Assembly: GCA_023231475.1 (NCBI GenBank)
Contig: JALJEE010000040.1
Span: 1-45,121 of the forward strand
Direction: 5' to 3'
Length of the DNA stretch: 45,121 nucleotides
Origin: Seison nebaliae
Taxonomy: Eukaryota
Shown: piece by piece, positions 36,901 to 45,121 of the stretch
Layout: the number at the start of each line of letters is the position of its first letter
How positions within the stretch are numbered: position 1 is the stretch's first letter
The notes under the pieces: model-generated
What the model saw: only the letters and a program-made list of their open reading frames with translations
The model's database searches: none
What the model was told of the DNA's origin: nothing
Made by a program: the position numbers and the translations under genes

Positions 36901-39900
36901 GTTGCTACAGGTACGAATGTCATTGATGGTTGCATTGTCATTGATGTAGTAATCGTTCCCAATGTTTTCGACGGTGATGATAATGATGAATGATTTTGTG
37001 ATGTTGGAGAAGTGATATTATCGAGTGTTATTGATGAAGATGGCGCGATTGTCGTAATGATTTTTGATGAGGATGATGATGATCCTGATAATGTGGTGAT
37101 TGTTGAAGGGGAAGTAGATATTGTTGAAATATTATCATTTTGCAATTGTTGTTGTTGTTTATTCGTATTAGTAGTAAATTGTTGGGATTGTTGTTGCTGT
37201 TGTTGTTGAAGACGATGTAATGACGCAGTTTTAATACGATTAGTTACAAAAGAGAAAGAGAATAATCGAATGATCGTTTGCATTTTGTTTGATTCGCGAT
37301 TAGTTAAACGATTCTTCATCGTTGCTAAACAAATAATCAATTGTTCGTCGTGACTGATGATAATTTGGTGGACCTTCTTCTCTGATAATTTTAAAGAATA
37401 TCCAGTTCCAATACTCATGACGAAAATTCCGTCATCACAACCATAAAGAAGATGTTCCGGATTGAAGATGGCCGCACAATTGATACTCTTCAATTCGACA
37501 TGCATTGATGAATCAGTTATTTCATAAATGTTGATCATCCGATGTCGTTTCTCCAACCGATTAGTTACATCATTAATTTGATCGATCCATTCATCTCTCA
37601 ATGATTCTGATTGTGCTGTCAATAATAATGAGAATTCATGAAATGGGTTGTGTATCCTCGTCATTGATAATCGTAACATCAATGACAAATCTTTCTTGGC
37701 TGCATGTAATGCTTCTGCTGTTGTTGCTTTCGTCGCTTCAAATCGATCATCCATCAAATCCAAACAACATACCAATCGATTAATTGGAGAATCGATTTTA
37801 CAATCAATTTTCATCTCATAGAACAATAAATGTTCTTTCGTCAATATGGAGAAGAGGCGAATATATGAATGTCTCATATGTTTCTTCCCTAACAACAATA
37901 TACCACCATAGAAATGTTGAGTTAATTGTCGATTATTATCCAAATGTTCCAATGAAATGGGAGATAAATTGCAATTATAATTCTCAATATTCATCTCATC
38001 GAAACATTTCTGATGGAGTTTCATTCCACAATTGCAGCATTGAATGGACGAGAAAATTATACCAATGATAACTTCGTGACAAATGCTACAAGATATTAAT
38101 GGCGATGATTCATGAACAGTAATATATTGGAATGAATGTTCCATTAATTTCTCTTCGTTTTTTCTCTGCTTTTCAGATGATGCAAATTTGATGGAAACAT
38201 TTGGTGAAGCAATTTCTTTCTGATCTTCATCAAACTGATGTTGTTGATCGAATACTAAATCTGATGGTATTTTTGTAAATTCAAAATTATCAGAATCATT
38301 CAAATGATTATTCTCTTGAATATCATTCGTTTTCTTCTTTTGATTCATTAATAATTCTTCGATTTCTTTATTTTTCTTTTTTAAAACTTCTTCTAATTCG
38401 TTAAATTTTATTTTCAAATCATTCTCATGTTGTTTCTTTTCTTCAACGACATTGATTAGTTTGATATGATCATTTTTAATCTCATTCACTTCATCATCTT
38501 TCTTTGTCATTTGAATTTTTATATCGATAACGTCGTCATATAAATTATCATATTTCTGTTGTAATGAATTTTTCGCTTCGATTTCCATTTGGAGATTCGA
38601 TTGAAGAACTTGAATTTCCATTTTGTCCATTCGAATTGATCGTCTGTTCTTCCACGACGGCCGATTAACTTCTGAAGTCGAATCATTTAAACCATTTCTC
38701 TCCAATAACATGGCGGGATAAGATAGACCTTCTTTCACGTCACGTTCTGACGATTTATCTCCGAATGAATCATGTGAAATGGTATAACGATCATCAATAC
38801 TCTGGTTACTTTGGAAGAGATTAGGAAGTTTCATTTGATTTCCATTATTCACTTCCGCCAATTTGAATGGTTGCCTCAACAATTCTTGAATATTTTCATC
38901 ATTCATAAACTTTCCTTCATCCATCAATTGTTGTAAGAGATATTGGAATATTAATTCGTTCGTAATTATTGAAGATTGTTGTGTCGATGTTAACGATGAT
39001 GTAGATCGTTGTTGTTGTTGTTGATTTATATTCTGTTCATTCTTTTTAAGAAATGTTGTTAACTTAATAAAATTCTCATGAGATATTTTATCGTCGATAA
39101 TTGACAAATTGATATTGTCGCCCTTACTATTTAATTCGTTATCTGATTTCTTTTTCAATTTATCCATTTCCATTAACAATTCTTCACAACGATCTTCTTT
39201 CTCTATTAGGAGATCTTCTTGATTTTTTAAAACAATTGCCATTTGTCTCAAATCATTCGAATACATGTCTTTTTCTTTCTCAAAATTCAAATTCATTTCC
39301 TTCATTTTTATATCCATCTGATCAATAATCTTCTTCCATCGATTATCTTCAAATTGATTATTATTATCCATCTTATTCATTACTTCATTCTCAATCATTC
39401 GTTTCTCAACCTTCTTATTCGTCAAATTGCCCATGTCACCGGGAATTGGTTGTTCGAAATATAATTGATTCATTCGACAGAGATCATTCAACGAACTAAT
39501 AGACGAAAAAGTAAAACCAACGAACGGCGCAACTAATTCACTCTCTTCTTTTGTCGTGAAATTCAATTGTTCACTCTCCGACCAACAATGCTCGTCACAT
39601 AACGAGAATTGAGTATCGTATAAACCATCAACTTCCGGTTGATATGGAGCAAATGTTTCATGAAGATGTGTCCAATCGATTGATTTAAAGAATACATGTA
39701 TACGAAATTCATCGATTCCATTCTTTCCCAATCGAACCGTATCACTACAAATCAATGACATCATCAACTTTCTGGCGGATGAACTAACAATTGCCATTTC
39801 GTCAACTTCATCCAATTCATCTTCATGATCTTTAGGAAATGAATTCATTTTACAATTCTTTACTCCATCATATAATGCTCCTGTCTCTTTATCGAAATGT

Positions 39901-41039
39901 GGAGGAAAGAAAAATTGAGAATCATGATTCATTATCTTACCATAAGTGTCAATAAGATTCTCAGCATAAAACGGTGTCTCACCAAATAATAACTCATACA
40001 TAATAATACCGACACTCCACCAGTCTACTTCCTCTCCATAAACGCCATGATTATCTTCCATAGATAAAAGAATTTCAGGAGAAATATAATCAGGTGTTCC
40101 AACCGCTTGTCTCGAATGAACTTTTCCATCTTTATTCATTTTGAGGCAAGAACCAAAATCTGCCAATTTCAAATGACCATGAATATCAATGAGACAATTA
40201 TCTGGTTTGACATCTCGATGAACATAACCGAGTTGATGGATTGAATCTAATGCGAGAATTAATTCAGCCATATAGAAACGACAGACATCTTCCGTAATAA
40301 TTTCTCTCGTTGAAAATGAGAGTAAATCGCCACCACAATAATAATCCATAACGAAATAAAGACACTGGTCGTCTTGAAAAGCGAAATGAAGTTTCGTTAT
40401 CCATCGATGATCTCCATGTACGAGAACATTTCTCTCTTCCATATAACAGGCAGTGCCTTCTCGTTTCAATATCTTCTCCTTATACATTCGTTTCATGGCA
40501 TAAATCGGTTCGTTCTCCTCATCCGACGAATTCCTTCCAAAATTCTCCTTATGATTTCCATTTTCATTATCTGAATTCTCTCTTTTACCTTCTCCCAATT
40601 CTCTCTTGTTCAATGAAGTTTGTCTTAGTCTCACCAATGCTACTTCTCCAAATGCTCCACGACCAATAATTGAAATTAAACGGAAATCATTTAATTTCAA
40701 TCGCAATAATCCAATTTCATGAACTGCTGATTGTAATCGATGACAAATGGATTCTTCATTATTATTCAATCTCTTCTCGTTCTGTCGATAGAATGCAATG
40801 AGTGCATCAAATAATGTTTCCATTGAAATGAATCCATCACATAATTCATTATTCTTATGGATGGAGCAAATCATCTCCTGCAACTTACATCTCTCACATT
40901 CCTTCAATTCATTTGTCGAATGATTATCCGAACACAAATCACGGAATCGATCGGAGAACTTTTTAGCATCAGATGCAGTCGTTGTATAAATTTCGTCTAA
41001 CCGTCTCAAACGTTCCACCACATTCTGCGGCAAATTCAT
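30970..41039 (-). CDS. CDC42BP: Myotonic dystrophy kinase-related Cdc42-binding kinase (MRCK/Genghis khan family), about 2463 aa with the distal terminal exon
   Basis: Exons 41039-36165, 36116-35975, 35923-35861, 35811-35694, 35649-35452, then 32965-30970 (and/or 34905-33558). AGC kinase motifs: IGRGAFGEV, YAMK, HRDVKPDN, DFG, AVGTPDYISPE, hydrophobic motif PFVGFTF. These are followed by a coiled coil with the DMPK coil (LQSNLQMEIEAK), a C1 zinc finger, PH, CNH and CRIB (ISAPTNFTHLTHV). Family identity is firm; the 3' exon structure is inferred. Confidence 0.9.
31741..31921 (-). repeat. (AAT/AAC)n trinucleotide repeats encoding poly-Asn tracts in the MRCK distal exon
   Basis: Plus strand (att)n/(gtt)n runs; translation NNNNNNNNERNNNKNNRKNSNNNNNNNNINMNNNN...HNNNNNNN. 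Confidence 0.9.
33558..34905 (-). CDS. Large low-complexity coding exon of MRCK (candidate proximal alternative terminal exon; about 2247-aa isoform)
   Basis: 1348-nt open frame with no convincing ATG start of its own. The acceptor ...AATTCAAG at 34906 is phase 2, matching the donor at 35451. Ser/Asn/Lys-rich and ends in TAA at 33558. Confidence 0.6.
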
Positions 41040-41609
41040 CTTTTCTTCTGACGGTTCTTCTGTATTGGATTATGATGAGAAATTACATTGACTCTATTCA
41101 ATCCGATTCGATTGACTCCTTCAGAAATCAATCAATAAATTCCCAATAATATTACACTCCTAATCAAATTCGTTATTCAAGATCTATTCACATTTGATCG
41201 GTGGTTTTATTGTCATACGAAAATTTATTTTATTCTTTCCAATATCATTTGCAGTCGCTTTCTCTCGTCCAAATACTAAACAACTAATACACCCTGTTCA
41301 GAAGGAAATTTTGAGAACTTTAATTAATTTTAAATTATTTTCTTTAAATGAAAATAAAATTAAATTAAAATATATTTATTTCTCCATCATCATCAACCGT
41401 ACGAAGAGAGAAATAAATAAAAGGAAATTATTAAATAAAATAATTATTCTTACTTTTTGATTTATTAAGAAATTAACTAAAATACAAATTATTTATCGAT
41501 TAATTAGAAGAAAAAAAATTATTTTTATTCGAAAACTTCTCCAAATCTTTCTATTATCTTCTGTTCATCTTCTTTTGAACAATGATCCGTTAATTCCTAC
41601 TCAATACAA

Positions 41610-41970
41610 AACTTCCCTTTCTTTCTCTCTCTTTCCATCTCCATCTCTCTCGTTCATTAATGAAAAAGAAGAAAACAATTAATCTCTTTAACATGAGAAC
41701 GTGTGGGTCTGTCCGTCTTATGTGTTTGGTGTTCGCCGGTGAAAATTCTCCATCTTCTCTTCTTTATCACCACAACTCTATCTTACCCCCTCCATCATTA
41801 TTACTTTATTATCATCATTATCATCTTTATCAATATATTTCTGAAAAAAAATTTGTTCTTTTATTTTCAAGAATATATCTCATAGAAGAACTTCAATTAC
41901 CTTTTCCCTTAATTTCTCTCTGTTCTTCTCTCAGTCTCTCTCTCCCTTAATTTCTCTCTCGATCATTCTC
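41610..41970. repeat. CT/GA-rich low-complexity tracts upstream of MRCK
   Basis: Several (tc)n runs, e.g. ctttctttctctctctttccatctccatctctct (about 41617-41650) and tctctcagtctctctctccc (about 41927-41946). Confidence 0.55.
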
Positions 41971-44292
41971 TTGATGTATTCGAATATTTCCGTGAGAATT
42001 CTCTATCCTGTTGATATGTTACTAATAAATTACCTTCATATCTCTTCATATCAAGTTGAACGTTCGATTCATTCGTTTTATTTAATAATTATAATAATCA
42101 TCAATATTATTTCGGCTTTCTGAAATCCCACTCTCAAAACAGCCGAAAGAGATGGAAACGTATTCGTTGAAATGCAAAGAAGTTTCACAAAACTCATTTC
42201 TTGTGTTATTAGAAAGTTTATTTATTTATTTTCTTTTAGTTCACCATCTAATGCTAACCGTCACCTACTATTCTGATATGGGCTAAATATTCCAATTCAT
42301 TTTTCTCGCAACAAATCAATGAGGAAGTCTCATTTCACTTCCCTCGTTCAAAAGCACCACCATCCTAATTTAGGATTCCTAACACATTAATGATATGTGC
42401 CTCATTCTCTTTTAGCAAGTTTTATGGGGAAGGAGAATGAATGTATACAAATCTAAATATACTTATCCACCACTTTATCGAATGAAATCGTTTCCGAGGA
42501 GACTAATATACTTGACATGTTAGTTCTAAACCGTTTCCTTCATCGCATCGATCTAATGTGTTTCCGAAAAGAAAATAATATAAGAACATTAGTATAAGAA
42601 ATGCATGAGTAAAAAAAGATATTAAGGAATTGAAGCTTGACTTGAATACGAAAATCCATCTCATCAGTGTTTAATGAGAATCATTTTTCATTCGATTTTA
42701 TCTTCCGATTTCGAATTGAATACGAAAAAAATTTCACCTTCTTTACTTACATAACTTGATATGTTCATTAACATGAAATTGGAAGGAATACAAATGGAAG
42801 GAAACTGCCATTAATATGTTCGAAAGAAAATTCACTTTGAACTATGATAATTGAAAATGAAGAAGTTAACAAAGAGGTCTTCCATAACAAAAAATCAATT
42901 TAGCCATAAACTTCTTTTTAAGGAAAACGAATGTTCCTCTGTTTTTCCTGGAGAAAACTTAATTAAAAGAAAATTTTCATCTTCATTCTCCCACATCTTT
43001 TTAATGGAGATGGAGGTATTTTTTAAGAAAATAATCGATTAAAGTAATTGGATGAGATATGCTTTTGTGATGAGTGAACATAAAACAAATAGGTACTCAC
43101 ATGCGATGGAACGATAGATAAATATGTAGAAGAAATTATTATTATTCAAGAGAAATAGATATAATAGTTGTGGATTAATTGATTTGTTAAAGATCTACAA
43201 TCTCATTCTGTAATCATTACCATTCTGATTGTGTAAATTTCGCCTCAAACATCTACTTCAACTAGATATGTAGGTAATTTATATATATGTGTATAGGATG
43301 GAATAGGAGAATGTTATTACCATGACCAAGGAACTTTGAACAATAAAAATTGTGGACTTAAAAATTATCCTCATTTGGTTCAACATTTCAATGAGAATTA
43401 ATCTATAGAAAATCAATTTCTATTAGAACGGATGGAAATTGTGCAAAAAGAACTCTTATCATGTTTCAATAATTTCATATCACAAGTATTTAGTAATTTG
43501 ACTTCAACATTTCATATGTGGTTTCATATCATAATATGCGTACTATTACAATCACTGTACTATGTTTAATTTTCTTCAATTTAAAACACTCATAGATTCT
43601 TTTAACGCCAATTTAGTTTTAGCTTCTGAAGAAAAATCATTCTTTTATTTTGCGGTTTTCATATTTTAACTTTATATTTTTGATTAATAGTTCTTTTGTC
43701 ATTTATGGCATTTTTGTCCTAAATCCGTTATATGGATAAGAAATGGAAAAATGGTGGGTAATGATGAAAGTAAGGATAAAATTATGAGAATAATAATTTT
43801 TCTCCCTAAGGTTTCCTTTCATTATTTTTATTCGTTTTTACATACACAAAGTTTGTTTATCAATCGACGAAAATATGTGAAGTGAATGAAATAAAATGTT
43901 GAACGTTTATTATTAGCGAACAAATAATGTGAAGAAGACGTCAAAGAATCCAAATGCGTTTGCAATTTTATTGTCTTATTGAGAGAGAGAAGGAGGAGTG
44001 TAATCTTATCAATCCAACGAAAATTATAAAATATATGTGAATCAAATCTCCTACTGATGTTACCGGACGTATTTCATAAAAGAAAATTTCTGCAATACTT
44101 CATCAAAGTTTTATCAACGGTTCATCGGAACTATTATTTTATCATTGGAAAGATCCCATCTGTGATTGAAAGACACTTTGGCTATGTTCAATTATAATAG
44201 TCAATATGACAGGGATTTTATGCTGCTTTAAAATGCATATAGTTTATATAGACATAAATTTATTTATACATATATATATTAATACATATATC

Positions 44293-44994
44293 TGTAAGAG
44301 GTCTAAACATAACCTAGACAATGGCAAGACGAAAGGACAGTTAAGGTCATAAAGAAATATAGAAAATATTAATAATAATTAAAAAAGTCGCTCGCGCCGA
44401 AATGTCTAACTCATCGTTCGTTTGATCTTTGCTCCCTCGACCTCGACTTTGCTTAACGGAAGAAACGTGGCAAAGAACATAATGCAAGCATTGGAGAAAA
44501 CCAAAGTAAAGGAGCAGGCCCCTGAAATAATTGGAGAAATCAGGGAAGAAATCATGAAGGAATTGTCAAGAGCGAATTCAATGCTGGAGGAACCAAAGTT
44601 CGATATGGCATACCAATTAAAGAAATACTTCTCGGACATTGACAAACTGACTACGGATACTAATATTCCAGAATGGCTCAAATTTTTGGACGAGAAATTA
44701 GAAAATCTAAAATACTCCGAAGAACAAAAACAAGACATCTTAACGAGCCTTATAGATTCAAATCTGAAAATGGTAATTAAATGTAATGGCCAATCGAATT
44801 ATGCCGACATAAGAAAATTTTTAAGGAAACTCAACAGAAAACGGTCTAAAGAGGAAACCGAGTTTCAAAAATTATTAGCAATTCTCAAGCAGTCACGGTC
44901 CTTGTATACCAAATACATGCTTTTAAAAGGAAGGATAACAAGCGACGTGGGAAGAACTCGGAGCATAATGGCGAGGGATAACATTTCTTCCTAG
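44293..44994 (+). mobile_element. Degenerate retroelement fragment with a truncated gag/capsid-like ORF (44422-44994)
   Basis: Intronless 190-codon frame, visibly more GC-rich than its flanks. The helical pattern F-SDIDKL...NIPEWLKFLDEKLENLKYSEEQKQDILTSL...NYADIRKFL resembles LTR-retrotransposon Gag capsid. It begins with TGTAAG right after an (AT)n tract. No pol domains or second LTR are seen. Confidence 0.45.
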
Positions 44995-45121
44995 AAAAAT
45001 CAAAAAAAATCGATTTTTCGAAAAATTGTAAATTCAAACCTAAATACATGGTCTTTATATTTCTATATTGATATTGATCTTATATTTTGATTTTTCTAGG
45101 AAGAAATGTCCCATATTTTAA

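Noticed and set aside
37012..40574. Plus-strand ORFs overlapping MRCK (including a poly-Cys ORF), and similar antisense ORFs over other genes
   Set aside because: They are antisense shadows of real coding sequence; the poly-Cys is the reverse complement of poly-Gln codons.
42110..42148. Inverted repeat TTTCGGCT...AGCCGAAA
   Set aside because: Isolated 8-bp stem with no other support.
1..45121. CRISPR arrays, rRNA/tRNA/snRNA/SL RNA genes, non-GT-AG introns, alternative genetic code
   Set aside because: No repeat-spacer array or recognisable RNA-gene motifs were seen by eye, though a covariance search was not run. All gene models close with GT-AG introns and the standard code.

Overview
AT-rich, intron-containing animal (metazoan) nuclear DNA; no prokaryotic features, CRISPR arrays, rRNA or tRNA were recognised. 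Manual splicing of the ORF track gives these genes in order: a 3'-truncated SCO-spondin/VWF-like secreted protein (-), a small orphan ORF (-), COA3 (-), mitochondrial NADP-isocitrate dehydrogenase IDH2 (+), a divergent syntaxin-1-family Qa-SNARE (+), a Quiver/Sleepless-type three-finger protein with a very large loop insertion (+), two tandem melatonin-receptor-like class A GPCRs (+), an MRCK/CDC42BP kinase with two CRIB motifs and two candidate terminal exons (-), and a gag-like retroelement fragment (+). The most striking signal is splicing. Of 34 introns I reconstructed from reading-frame and motif continuity, 33 are only 40-79 nt, and 31 have a pyrimidine at donor position +3 (29 GTT, 2 GTC, 3 GTA; only one GTAAGT). 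This inverts the usual GTR consensus and suggests a modified 5' splice-site recognition system. The compact introns, poly-Asn tracts and AT richness would fit a compact-genome spiralian such as a seisonid rotifer, but that is only an inference.
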